A DNA stretch of 63,837 nucleotides, counting the filler, from Vannella sp. (Eukaryota): NCBI GenBank assembly GCA_023345925.1. It is 8 parts of 8 records of this genome, joined end to end, with 100 filler letters (N's around TTAATTAATTAA, not from the genome) between each part and the next. Parts side by side here need not be neighbours in the genome. Positions count along the whole stretch, not along the records: positions 27,995 to 35,588 come from JAJQQN010000458.1; positions 35,689 to 43,569 come from JAJQQN010000705.1; positions 43,670 to 51,282 come from JAJQQN010000254.1; 5 more parts are not named here. One strand, written 5' to 3'. Below, piece after piece: positions 33,144 through 45,127 of the stretch (its first letter is position 1; every line of letters starts with the position of its first letter). The notes beneath the pieces are model-generated. The model worked only from the letters and a program-made list of their open reading frames with translations. It did no database searches and was not told the origin of the DNA. The translations under genes were made by a program, and so were the position numbers.

Positions 33144-34967
33144 ATGAACCGGAGCACGGCGTTGCGCTCTCTGTCGTTTTGGCGGTTTGCTCAGCCGCGG
33201 TGGACGGAAAGGGAGACTGTGGAGCTCCAAACAGACTTACGGAAGCAGTGGAGTGTGTTGGGAGTGAATGGAAGGATCTATATTGCGTCAGAGGGCATCA
33301 ACGCGCAGGTATCAGTCCCCGCTTCTCAGTTGCCGCGGTTCTTGCGCTCCGTACGAGGACAGCCGCTGCTGGGGGAGGTCCCTTTGAACATAGATCGACA
33401 GATATACTTTACGAAAGACAGGGTTGCTCTGTTTCCAAGGCTAAGCATCAAGCAACGCCGCCAAATCATCACTGATGTGTCCACCAAAGGTCCTGACTTG
33501 ACTTCTCTCGATCTAGCGGACGCAGGGAGCGAGATTGCCCCCGAAGAGTGGCACCAAAAGATGGTGGATCTGCAGAGGGAGCCCTCAAAGAGGCATATCG
33601 CCGTGCTGGACTGCCGAAATGACTATGAACAGGATCTCGGTCGGTTCGATAACAGCGTAGCCTTGTCTGTTGAGACGTACGCTGAAAGCTTCCCTCTGTT
33701 AGACACCATGAAAGACGAGCTGAAGGGCAAAGAAGAGGTCCTGATCTATTGTACTGGAGGAATCCGGTGTGTCAAGATTGGAGCTTATCTGAAGCAGAAC
33801 CTCGGCGTGTCCAAAGTGGGCATGCTTAAAGGTGGTATCAATGCGTACTCGAATCATGTAGCCACTTCCGGACAGCCTTCCACCTTCCAAGGGACCAACT
33901 TTGTGTTCGACAAGCGTTTGGGAGTGCCGGTTGGGGACAGTCTCACATCTTTGGCTCTTTGCACTCGTTGCAGCCTTCCAGCCAAAATGGCGTATAACTG
34001 CTCCAATCCATGCTGTGGGACTCTTCTTCCTTTCTGCGAAAGCTGCCGGCAGAAGCACCAGGGAACTTGCTCGGACGAATGTGCCATTTACCACTCCGTC
34101 AGTCCTTCTCTTCAGACTGAGTTTCGTCAGGAGTGTGGAAAAGTTCTCAATTCGATGACTGAAAAGAACTTTCGGAAGGACCGTAGGCCAGTGTACATCA
34201 ATCAGTTGACCCATTTTCAGCAACAAGGTCGAACGTATTCCACCCAAATCGACCTCCCAATGCAGGCGAGGGAGGCAGCATTGGGTCATTATTCTGAGCA
34301 GCACTCTTTAGAGCTCCCAGAGTGTCTCCAGCACATTCTGGAAGACACCAAGACTCGATTTCCGAGGACCGCACACAATATCTGTGGCCCTCTTGTGGCC
34401 CAGCTCCTTTGCTTCACGATAAGGACTCATAACTATCGGAGAATAATTGAGTTGGGATGCTTTACAGGCTACTCAGCAGTGGCAATGGCTTCGTCTCTCA
34501 ACAATTCTGGGTGGCTTCGGTCTTGTGAGACGAACCAGGACTGTCTTGCAGTAGCAAGAAGTCATGTTGATGATTATCTCGGCTCTGTACCTGAACAGAA
34601 TCGCCCTGATGTCCGCATTGAGGGAAAGTCAGCGAGTGAGCTTCTTCAACACCTTATTGAGTCCAAAGAGCAAGCAGATCTTATTTTCATAGATGCCAAC
34701 AAGAGGCAATACCAAGAGTATTACGATACTATTGTTGACAACGCACTGCTCTCCCCAGGAGGGCTGATGGTGTTTGACAACGTCTTATTTCGGGGGTCTG
34801 TCGTCTCTACTACCCACACAGAACTTGCCCCTCGCCTGCATAAGATACGAGACTCCATCGATGCCCTCAACAAACACGTCCGGGCAGATCTACGGACACA
34901 ACAATATCTGTTGCCACTCCAAGACGGCCTCCTCTTCGTGAGCCAACCAAGCAGAGTCGAGAAATGA
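33144..34967 (+). CDS. Fusion: TrhO/YceA (UPF0176 rhodanese-family tRNA U34 hydroxylase) + SAM-dependent cation-dependent O-methyltransferase (CCoAOMT/TrmR family)
   Basis: Single intronless ORF. TrhO part: GRIYIASEGINAQVSVP, LDCRNDYE..GRF, YCTGGIRC, LKGGI..Y, F.G.NFVFDKR, Cys-rich tail. Methyltransferase part: IIELGCFTGYSA, DLIFIDANK, LLSPGGLMVFDNVLFRG, LLPLQDGL. Confidence 0.92.
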   Translation: MNRSTALRSLSFWRFAQPRWTERETVELQTDLRKQWSVLGVNGRIYIASEGINAQVSVPASQLPRFLRSVRGQPLLGEVPLNIDRQIYFTKDRVALFPRLSIKQRRQIITDVSTKGPDLTSLDLADAGSEIAPEEWHQKMVDLQREPSKRHIAVLDCRNDYEQDLGRFDNSVALSVETYAESFPLLDTMKDELKGKEEVLIYCTGGIRCVKIGAYLKQNLGVSKVGMLKGGINAYSNHVATSGQPSTFQGTNFVFDKRLGVPVGDSLTSLALCTRCSLPAKMAYNCSNPCCGTLLPFCESCRQKHQGTCSDECAIYHSVSPSLQTEFRQECGKVLNSMTEKNFRKDRRPVYINQLTHFQQQGRTYSTQIDLPMQAREAALGHYSEQHSLELPECLQHILEDTKTRFPRTAHNICGPLVAQLLCFTIRTHNYRRIIELGCFTGYSAVAMASSLNNSGWLRSCETNQDCLAVARSHVDDYLGSVPEQNRPDVRIEGKSASELLQHLIESKEQADLIFIDANKRQYQEYYDTIVDNALLSPGGLMVFDNVLFRGSVVSTTHTELAPRLHKIRDSIDALNKHVRADLRTQQYLLPLQDGLLFVSQPSRVEK

Positions 34968-35046
34968 CACCCAAAGAGGGTTTATGAGTTTAAGAAACGT
35001 GTGCCAATGAAGGGGGAGCACCACAGAAGTCAAATTCCAAGCGCAA

Positions 35047-35588
35047 TCAATGTATGGGGAGAATCGAAGCAGAGCCGCCTACACCTGCGGAGAAAGCGAG
35101 GTGGACTGGGGCAATAATGTCATTCCACACGAATGGAACGCGGGCTCCGTTGACATCGATTGTCATTTGGCCTTGATCGAGATCGAGTTGAATGCTCAAA
35201 GTATCTCCTTGTTTGAATCCGGTCGACTGAGTTTGGCCCCAATGGCAATTTCCATTTTCGTGCAATCCCCAAGCTGTCTGTGTGCTGCAATTGAAGTGGA
35301 AGTGGGACGTATGACTCGGAGAAACAACTCCCACATCACAGGATTCCACTAGTTTGTCAATACGGACCATCCACGAGTGCTTTCCCTTCTCCAAGAGCGT
35401 TCCTTTGTTGACCTGATAGTCTATTGCCATAGTGGCAGTGGGAAGGCCTCCAGTGAAAGCATAGTTGATATTGGGATGTTGTTCTTCTGGCCACTCCACT
35501 TGAAAGAACTCCATATCAGCCTTGACCTTCTTGAGAGCCAGCTGCGAAAGGTGATCGAGATCCAAAGTTCCACTGCGAAGGTAGTCCA
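35047..35588 (-). CDS. C-terminal SPRY/B30.2-like beta-sandwich fragment
   Basis: GKHSWMVRI..CDVGVV...WGL...GFKQGDTLSIQLDLDQGQMTIDVNG pattern; frame open to the spacer. Confidence 0.65.
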
Positions 35589-35688
35589 NNNNNNNNNNNN
35601 NNNNNNNNNNNNNNNNNNNNNNNNNNNNNNNNTTAATTAATTAANNNNNNNNNNNNNNNNNNNNNNNNNNNNNNNNNNNNNNNNNNNN
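35589..35688. other. Artificial contig-joining spacer
   Basis: N44-TTAATTAATTAA-N44. Confidence 0.98.
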
Positions 35689-36713
35689 CTGACATGCACT
35701 CATCCACTCCCGCACCAAGCAGCGCCAAAGTGGTTCCCTCACAGAGCAAGTTCAACGCCGCGCCCGTTTCCTCCACTCCTGCTCGTGGTGCCCCGCCTGG
35801 CCGGGCTAGAGGAGCTGCGCCAGCAGGTAGAGGAGCGGCTCCTCCCTCAAGAGGCGCTCCTGCACGGGGTGCTCCTACAAGGGGTGCTCCACAAGCAAGA
35901 GGAGCCCCTCCAGCAAGAGGTGCTCCACCAGCACGAGGAGCAGCGCCACCAGGAGCGAGGGGAGGTCCAACTCCCGGCCGAGGAGGACCAATGGGAGGAG
36001 CGCCACGAGGAGCTCCTGCAGGGCGTGGAGCTCCTGCAGCTCCTGGGCACTCAGCCCCAGTTTCAACTCCTGCAGCTCCCAAACCGGCACCTGTGGTGCC
36101 GAAGCCAGCTCCTGTTGTAGCTCCAACACCTGTTGTCCCTAAGCCGGCTCCAGTGGTCGCTCCAGCACCTGCTCCCGCCGCTCCCAAACCTGTGGCACCC
36201 AAACCCGCTCCTGTCGTGGTCAGAGCGCCCTCCCCTGAGCCAGAACCAGTCCGTGCAGCTCCAAAGAAGCCTCCTCCACCTCCTCCACAGTCGAACAAAC
36301 CCAAGGCACGTGCGCCTTCCCCTGAACCTGAGCCAGAGCCAGAGCCAGAGCCCTTCTACGAGCCAGAGGATGACGGAGGCTTTGGATACTACGAAGGAGA
36401 CGATGCTGGAGAAGGCTACGACGAAGGTGGCTACGCTGACGAAGGCTACGCTGACGAAGGCTACGCTGACGAAGGCTACGCAGAAGAAGGCTACGAAGAA
36501 GAAGGCTACGCTGAGGAGGGCTATGAGGACCCAAGTGGACAGCTGATAGCGGTCTGCTTGTACGACTTTGAGGGCCAAGAGGAAGGAGACTTGTCTTTGG
36601 TTGCGGGTGATCGCATCGCCATCCTCGACCAGACTGATCCCAGCGGCTGGTGGTTTGGAGAGTGCAACGGACAGCAGGGATCCTTCCCTTCCAACTTCGT
36701 GGAACTTCAATAA
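35689..36713 (+). CDS. C-terminal part of a Gly/Pro/Ala/Arg-rich, acidic, SH3-domain cytoskeletal protein (myosin-I tail or Abp1/drebrin-like)
   Basis: RGAP repeats, PKPAPVV repeats, PEPE run, EGY(A/E)(D/E) repeats, then SH3 (CLYDFEG..DLSL..GD.I.IL....GWWFG....GSFPSNFV). Confidence 0.75.
36408..36530 (+). repeat. 15-nt coding tandem repeat (gaaggctacgctgac; EGYAD)
   Basis: Directly visible near-identical 15-nt units. Confidence 0.85.
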
Positions 36714-36811
36714 GACCTCCGACCGCCATCCCGTCCCAGGAACTGGAAGAGAGGGGAAGGGAAGAATGACTTGATGGCAAGTGCAAGGGCAATGGCGATG
36801 TATTGTGGACA

Positions 36812-38200
<1,389 letters not shown>

Positions 38201-38308
38201 TCGGACTTAATAAAAAGAGCCATTTATTCTTGATATCTATTGATTCTTTATAAAATCGTGGAACATTGCTTAGCGGTCCAAATATGGAAACAACAATTCC
38301 TCATGTGT

Positions 38309-38332
38309 TGATTGGGTGGGCTTTTTGATTGG
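38309..38332. promoter_or_regulatory. Paired CCAAT boxes (TGATTGG) in the PRMT1/RasGEF divergent promoter
   Basis: TGATTGG at 38309-38315 and 38326-38332. The same heptamer occurs in other short upstream regions (7813, 43511, 43715, 46091, 56063). Confidence 0.5.
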
Positions 38333-38356
38333 TGGAGGGCATTTGGTGGCAGCGCG

Positions 38357-40971
38357 ATGTCTGGGGATGATGAGGATGCGCTCTTGACGAGTGTAGATAG
38401 TGGAGATGAGGCTGTCGCTGCCTCACCGAAGACTGGGAAGCGGTTCAATACACTGGGGCGACTGAGGGGGCGAGGCTCGTCTTCGTTACTAACGGCTGTG
38501 AAGGAGGAAGGAAGTGAACCTGGTGCACCAGTGGCTGTCACTCTCGAGCAAGCAAAGGAAGAGCTTACTTCACCTGCAAAGAAGCGGAAAATCTCCATCC
38601 TCGGTCTTCTTCGTCGCACGGGAGGCTCGGGCTCAGAAGTTGGAGAGAACAAGTCCACCGGGTCTTCTTCTGAGACGAAGGAGAGGTCTCTGTCAAAGAC
38701 TGGGGATAATCGTGCTTCCAGAAAGACCGCACACAGACTCAAATCCGCTCCTGAGGCACAACTTGTCCAACCGAACCGCAAGGCGGAACCTGTCACGGAG
38801 GAGAAAGAGGAGGAGAAGGAAGGAGATGAAGAGGAGGAGGAAGAGAGGGAGAAGGAGGAAGAGAAGAAGGAGGAAGCGGAGGAAGTGGAGGAGAAGGAGG
38901 AGATTTCTCCAGTGCCCCCTTCTGTTCAATCACCAGAGGAAGAACAAGTCACTGACAGCATGGCCGCTAAACCTGCCAAGAAGAAGCAGCGGTCCAAATC
39001 ATCTGCAGACGTGTCCGTCATTTCTGCGAGTGCGGTTTCTGATTTCAAGCGCCGTGGCACCGTACAAGATAGCACATTCATTGCAGAGAGCTCCGACACT
39101 GTGATTGAGGCGAAGGAGGCTTCAGTAGCTTCTGAGGAAGTTGGTTTGGACACGGGCGTTGATCCAGAGCCCTCAACAAGAGCTGCGGAGCAGTCACCTG
39201 CCAGCATGACAGAGGAGAAAGACGTGACAGTGGAGGAGAAACAAGAAGAAGAGAAGAAGGAGGAGAAGAAAGAGGACGAGGAGAAGAAGGAGGGCGAGGA
39301 GAACAAGGAAGAGGAGAAGCAAGAGGAGGCAGGGGCTTTGGATGGGGACGATGGCCGAGACTATGGAGAATCTGTGTTCCTCCTTCCTGAGTTCTCCCGC
39401 ATTGTTGTGTACTCAGGACAGGACCATCCTTATCAAGTCCAATACGCGACACTGTACAAGCTCGTAGAGAAGGTCACAACGCCCTCACGCAAGCAAGCAG
39501 AGGAATGTGAGTCACCCTAGTCCTCCTGCATCTCTCGTTGCTGACAACCGACAGACCAAGAGTTCATGCGAGTGTTTTTCATGACTTATCGCTCATTCTC
39601 GGAGGCACCTAAAGTTTTTGACTTGATTGCAGCGCGATATGACCTTCCAGACACTCTCACTGAAGCTGAGAAAGCTCAAGTGTGAGTAAAACATTGAATG
39701 TTGAGTCATTCCATGTCACTAATGGCCCCACTTTCAGGGATTTGGTGGCCATCCGCGAGGGAGTGTGCAAATCATTGGTGTTTTGGTTTAACAATCATTA
39801 TCGTGACTTCAGTGGGTCCAAGCCATTGGAAAAGAAGCTGCAAAGCTTCATTGACGACATTGTTGTGCGCACTCCCCCTTGCAAGGACAACTTTGTTGGA
39901 TACCTTCAAAAGATGTATTTGAAGAAGAACGGCAAAGGCACGTATACTTCGCTGTTTGACAGCGGTATCTTGGTCGACAATAGTTCTTGCCCGGAGCCGA
40001 TTGTTCCTAAGACGTGGGATGGGGTCTCATTCCTTGATCTTGATGAGCGAGAGATTGCCCGTCAACTCACCATTGCCGAACACCACTCCTATGCGGAGAT
40101 TCAGGTTCGTTGTTCAATGAAGTTAAGCGGGCATGAACTAACGGTGAATGCAAGCCGGTTGAGTTGCAGGAGTTAGCTTGGAGCAAGCCAAAACTGAGGC
40201 ACTTAGCTCCACACTTATTAGGCATGACTAAGACCTTTAATTTCTTCTCTAACGCTGTGTCTGCAATGATTGTGACTGGTCCAAAGCTCAAGGATCGCAA
40301 ACGCATCATCGAGAAGTTGGTTCGCCTTTCCGAGGTACAAGATTCATTTGCACAGCTATTCCAGCTCATACTCACTCCTTCTTAGTGTTTGGTTGAGATG
40401 CAAAGCTTCAACATGGTAATGGCCATCTTCTCTGGGTTCCAGAACGCTGCAGTGCACCGTTTGGGATTCAGTTTCGGCGCTGTCTCGAAGAAGACGACAG
40501 AATCGATTGACAGAATCACACTTAAGCTGAGTTCTGCCGCATCCTACAAGAACTATCGTGAACTGCTCAAGGATGTCAAACCCCCTTGTATTCCTTTTCT
40601 GTGAGTCACCTCAGTTCTCTTCTCGCCCCCTTCCTGACCCACTGGTGACCAAAAGGGGAGTCTACATGAGCGATTTGACTTTCGTCGATGAGGGCAACCC
40701 GAAGATTGTCAAAGGACTGGTGAACTTCCGCAAGAAGCAGCTGGAGTATGCTGTAATTGTGCAAGTGCTGCGGTACCAAGATCAAGCTTATCAGTTCAAA
40801 CTGGTGCGTCTTAGTCTTATCTCCTTTCTGTCCGTGACCTGACTCTCCACTTCCTAGCTTCCCAAGTTCTCGAAACTATTCAATGACCTTCCGCAAATGA
40901 CTGACGACCAATTGTATCAAGCTTCTTTGGCTGCAGAACCAAGAAAGGCCAAGAAGAAGGATATCAAATAG
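38357..40971 (+). CDS. Ras guanine-nucleotide exchange factor (REM + CDC25 domains) with acidic N-terminal region
   Basis: ATLYKLVEK, FFMTYRSF, EIARQLT, SFNMVMAIFSG..AVHRL, YKNYR, PPCIPFL|GVYMSDLTFVDEGNP..LVNFRK, SLAAEPR. Confidence 0.92.
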
Positions 40972-41024
40972 ATAACTGGGTTCATTCGGATAAAGAATGC
41001 CAGAACCCCTCCTTGTTGCAGCTT

Positions 41025-43111
41025 CTAGGCGTAGGCAGTTCCATAACCGCCGACTTCCGCAACATCTTCCTCAAAGAGCCAAGCAAACGGGGAGCCAGGA
41101 CAAGCCACTTGCAGGTTCATCTTGTCTTTGCGGCCAGTGACCAAAGCGCACATCGTTTCGTAGACTCCAGAGCCAATTTTGACTCCTTCTCCGCACTTGT
41201 AAGGGATTGTGATGTGTTGGATGATCTTGGCCTGATTCACCAGCGAGATGCAGTAGCTGTCCAACTTGCTATTGCTAAAGCGAACCAAGAAAGAGCCAGA
41301 CTTGCAAAGGCGCAAAGAATTCTCGGCCGTCTTGGTCGGGACATCTCCATGGAACCAGGGCTTGCACACCAGGTCTGCCATCTGATTGTTGAAGTGTTAA
41401 TTCTCTAATGGGATGGAGTGTCACATACTCTCTCCAAAAACCCTTCTGTTGGATCGGCAGGAAGCTCTAAAGGTCCCAGTCGCTGGAGAAGTTTCCCAAA
41501 CTCCTCCACAGTGACCACCGCACTCGCTTCAGCATCTGATAGAAGTATCCATTAGAAAGAAGGCAAGAGGAGATCTCTGTTTCTTACTCAGAAGCATCTT
41601 CAAAGCGACCAGCTTCCTCAGATTCTCGTCCATTTCGCCCTCATCCTGAAGAGTCCGGTAAAGGGAAGACTGTTCTGACTTGGTCCTCTTGCTCAACTGC
41701 TCTTTGGGAGGAGTCTTCATTTCAGGGGCACTCGACTTTGACTTACGAAGCTTGTTGGCGACCGGGTCCGAAGGAACGGGCAAGTCCATGGCCTTATAAA
41801 AGGCAACAACGAACTGATTCCAGCCCACTGAGAGCTTGTTAGGGAAGTTTTTCTTCCAAAAAGTGCGCGCTGTCTTGTCCTTGATGATTTGGTCCACTTG
41901 CTGGTCAAAGTCAAAGCCTTCGCAGTCCGCCAGACAGTCGTCAAGCATTGTGATGACTTGGGACATGGCCGGGCGGGCTTCCTGGTCGGGTTGCCAGCAA
42001 GATACAATGACTTCCCGGATGCTCTTTGGGCACCAGCGGGGAATGATTGGGCGTTCGTGTGCGTTGCAAACAGAATCCACAAAGATGTCGTAGTCCTCGT
42101 GGTTCACGAAGGGGTCTTCTCGCGTGATGAGCTCCCAAATGATGACGCCAATGCTGTAAACGTCCACTTTCATGTTAATCTCTTCCTTCCTCATCACCTC
42201 TGGGGCCATATACAACGGCGTTCTGCATGTCACGGCCGTTAAGCTTGGAACTTGTATGAGGAGCCACGTGAACGTACCCCTTTGGCTCTGTGTCGTGGAT
42301 ACCATCTTCCATGAAGTGACTGAGCCCAAAGTCGCACACCTTCACCTTCCCGTACGAGTCCAACTGTCCGGAGAGGTCAGCCTTGTCGCAGGAGGCTCCT
42401 GGGCGGGCTTACCAGCATGTTGGCGGGCTTCAGGTCACGATGAACAATCGGAGGGTCACTTCCATGAAGCCAAGCGACCCTGCAGTGCGAAGTTAGCCAA
42501 AAGGGGAGGTGAAAAGCTCTGGTTTTCACTCACCCTTGGCAGGTCTCCTTCGCCCATTGTATGCGTTGGGAGAGGGATATCTCTTGGTCCATATCGTGGA
42601 TCCTCTGCTCCAGGTCGGTGACGAGCTTCTCGGAAACGATGCGGATGTGACCCGGTTCGATGCAAGCGCCCATGAACAAGCACACATTGGGGTGGTAGAT
42701 CTTACTAGAAACACGTTTGGTTATCACCAGACACGGACTACGAGCGAGAGGACGGGCCTACCTCATGATCTCGACCTCTTTGACGAAGTTCCTCATGGAC
42801 CGTTTAGAAAGGGTTTGTTTCTTCGGTACTTTGACAGCCACCTCCATAGAACGACACAAGCCCGAGTACACTTTGCCAAAGCAGCCTCTACCAATCAGAG
42901 TCATGAGCTCAATCTCCCCAGGAGCAATGTAAGGCACGCTGAACAGCTCCGCCTTGTCCTTGCTGGAGTCCTTGCGCTTGGAGCTCTTCTTCTTACTCTT
43001 ACGATCACTCTCCGCGCGCTTCGCTTTCGCAACTTTTTCCGCGCTGCCCGCCTCTGGAGCGGAAGAGACAACCACCTCGGCCATGAGCCTCCCGGAAATG
43101 GCTTCCCGCAT
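41025..43111 (-). CDS. SH2-domain-containing TKL kinase (Dictyostelium Shk-type)
   Basis: IGRGCFGKVY, VAVK, HRDLKPANML, DFGLS, TPLYMAPE, DVYS. C-terminal SH2 (PWFHGD...GSFLVRFS..YCIS). Start at 43111 or 43084. Confidence 0.9.
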
Positions 43112-43569
43112 TTATTTGTCTTTTCCAGGCTCCACAAACAAAACTGTTTTCATCCGTATGACAGGTTTCACGGACAAAGTTTGAGTTGGTCAGAACGGGA
43201 CCTTTGGACTGAGGTGAGAGCTCCCTTCAAGAGATGGAGAGGAAAAGAAGGGGCGGGATGTGTCCCTGGCGCATTAGTAGTTGTCTGTCAGCTCTTTTGG
43301 TCCGTCTTTCAACGCACCAATCAGAATCGAAGGAAGTCTTTTCCAACGCACCAATGGGATCGCCTCATCAAACTGTTCCTTGGCGATGCTAAAAGTCAAC
43401 AGAAGTGAGAATCCTTTTTGTGAGGTATTGGACTGCAAAACTCCATTTTTTTTTGATTTTCTCGTTCCCTTTGCTCATGCTACGGCCTTTGAGTTTGAGC
43501 CGCAAGCACGTGATTGGGTGTGACAAGCACGAGGTTCATTACAGTGATGAGTCTGCAGCATCAGACCAG

Positions 43570-43669
43570 NNNNNNNNNNNNNNNNNNNNNNNNNNNNNNN
43601 NNNNNNNNNNNNNTTAATTAATTAANNNNNNNNNNNNNNNNNNNNNNNNNNNNNNNNNNNNNNNNNNNN
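43570..43669. other. Artificial contig-joining spacer
   Basis: N44-TTAATTAATTAA-N44. Confidence 0.98.
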
Positions 43670-43795
43670 CCGATCTGGCGGTTCTGAGCCTGAAAGGATT
43701 GCGCCCGTCTGCTCTGATTGGTCTGGATACACTTGCTTTGACCACCCAGGTGGCATCGGTCGTACCTTGGTCTGTTCATCTTCTCAGCCTCCCTT

Positions 43796-44926
43796 ATGCG
43801 GTGGTGTATAGTGTTGCTAGCCGCTCTCTTGTGTGGACAAGTCTGTGGAGGAGGAGCAGTAGGACTGCAATATGTCAACCTCGACTCATTCTTGCTGGGC
43901 TCCGGTCAGTTCGCTTCTGTGGACAGCAATCAGGGACCTTTACCTGCCAACAACAGCTCCTCTGTTACAGTTATCCCGAACGCTGAAACGAACTGCGACA
44001 GTTTGTTTGAGTGTGGACGCGATTTCATCCTCTCTCTTCTCAGTCTTCGCGAACCGTCTATCTCCAAGGCTGCTGTCTCTCAGAATGAGCTTCGAGTTGA
44101 CGTGGCAAAAGGCACTCTCACTTCTCTCACTCTCCAGTACGACGGAGCTGATGGTAGCGCAAGCCTAAACAGGACCGGAATGGGTGGCTACTACCTCGGA
44201 CCTAGCCAGGACATAGAACAAGCTTTCCGCCTGCAATTCGCTGGCGAAGCAGTATCAAGCACCTCTCTCACCGCCCTCTTCTACGACACCTTGGGAGGGA
44301 TCTGCTCCCAGAAGATAGAGGGACTAGCTAACAGCCTGCTGCTTAGTTATCAATCATTTGATGGCAACTGCACCTTTGAGTACTGGGGTGCCTTGGAACT
44401 TGTTTTCTTGATCGATCGCCTTGGCATCTACGGTGAGGACTCTGACCCATTCATTGTGAGAGGCATCAGTTTCACAAAGCCCGGTCCTCGCCCAACCCCC
44501 ACCACCACTGCCACGGAGTCTGTGTCTCCTTCTCCCTCCTTGTCTAGTACGCCTTCGCTTTCCGTATCCACTTCGACCAGCTTGAGAGGCTCTCCCTCTG
44601 GAACATCCAGTTCAAGCGCTTCCGGTTCCTTGACTCCCTCCAGGTCTATTTGCCTCTCTGCTTCTCCCACGCATTCGGCATCAGCCAGTCTCTCGGTCCA
44701 TGTCGGTTCTTTCACCACTGAAGAAGAAACTACAAGCTCCAGCACGGAAGAGGAAGGCAAGACCCCTGGAAAGCATCCCTCCTCCGCTCTCACCAAGACA
44801 GAAGAAGAAGACAAGACTCCTGGAAAGCATCCCTCCTCCGCTCTCACCAAGACAGAAGAGGAAGAAGACAAGACCCCTGGAAAGCGTCCTTCCCACGATC
44901 TCACCAAGACGGAAGAAGAAGAATAA
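43796..44926 (+). CDS. Secreted protein: signal peptide, beta-rich globular domain, Ser/Thr-rich stalk, C-terminal repeats
   Basis: MRWCIVLLAALLCG signal; LQYDGADGS..L...GMGG motif; S/T/P-rich region; three 18-19 aa repeats. Confidence 0.75.
   Translation: MRWCIVLLAALLCGQVCGGGAVGLQYVNLDSFLLGSGQFASVDSNQGPLPANNSSSVTVIPNAETNCDSLFECGRDFILSLLSLREPSISKAAVSQNELRVDVAKGTLTSLTLQYDGADGSASLNRTGMGGYYLGPSQDIEQAFRLQFAGEAVSSTSLTALFYDTLGGICSQKIEGLANSLLLSYQSFDGNCTFEYWGALELVFLIDRLGIYGEDSDPFIVRGISFTKPGPRPTPTTTATESVSPSPSLSSTPSLSVSTSTSLRGSPSGTSSSSASGSLTPSRSICLSASPTHSASASLSVHVGSFTTEEETTSSSTEEEGKTPGKHPSSALTKTEEEDKTPGKHPSSALTKTEEEEDKTPGKRPSHDLTKTEEEE
44744..44923 (+). repeat. Three 54-57 nt coding tandem repeats (TEEE[G/D]KTPGKHPSSALTK)
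   Basis: cctggaaagcatccctcctccgctctcaccaagacagaaga occurs twice exactly; a third copy is diverged. Confidence 0.9.
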
Positions 44927-45127
44927 AGTTTGTTCTTCTTCTTTCTTTCAGAGACAATTCCTGTCCCTGGCTTTTTACTTATCTAACCCCCATGCCCAAC
45001 TTTCGTTGGTCCCTCTCTTCTCTTTGGTCCTCGTTCTCCGTGTTGGGGATGAGAGACTAATGATCAGGTTTATCGAGTACAGAGAATGGGATGAGCGAGC
45101 TATGGACAGATGAGAGGTTGGAGGAGC

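Noticed and set aside
33144..34967. Bacterial contamination as the source of the intronless TrhO-OMT ORF
   Set aside because: It shares a contig with intron-containing IDH3A and RBM8A genes, with no obvious compositional break.
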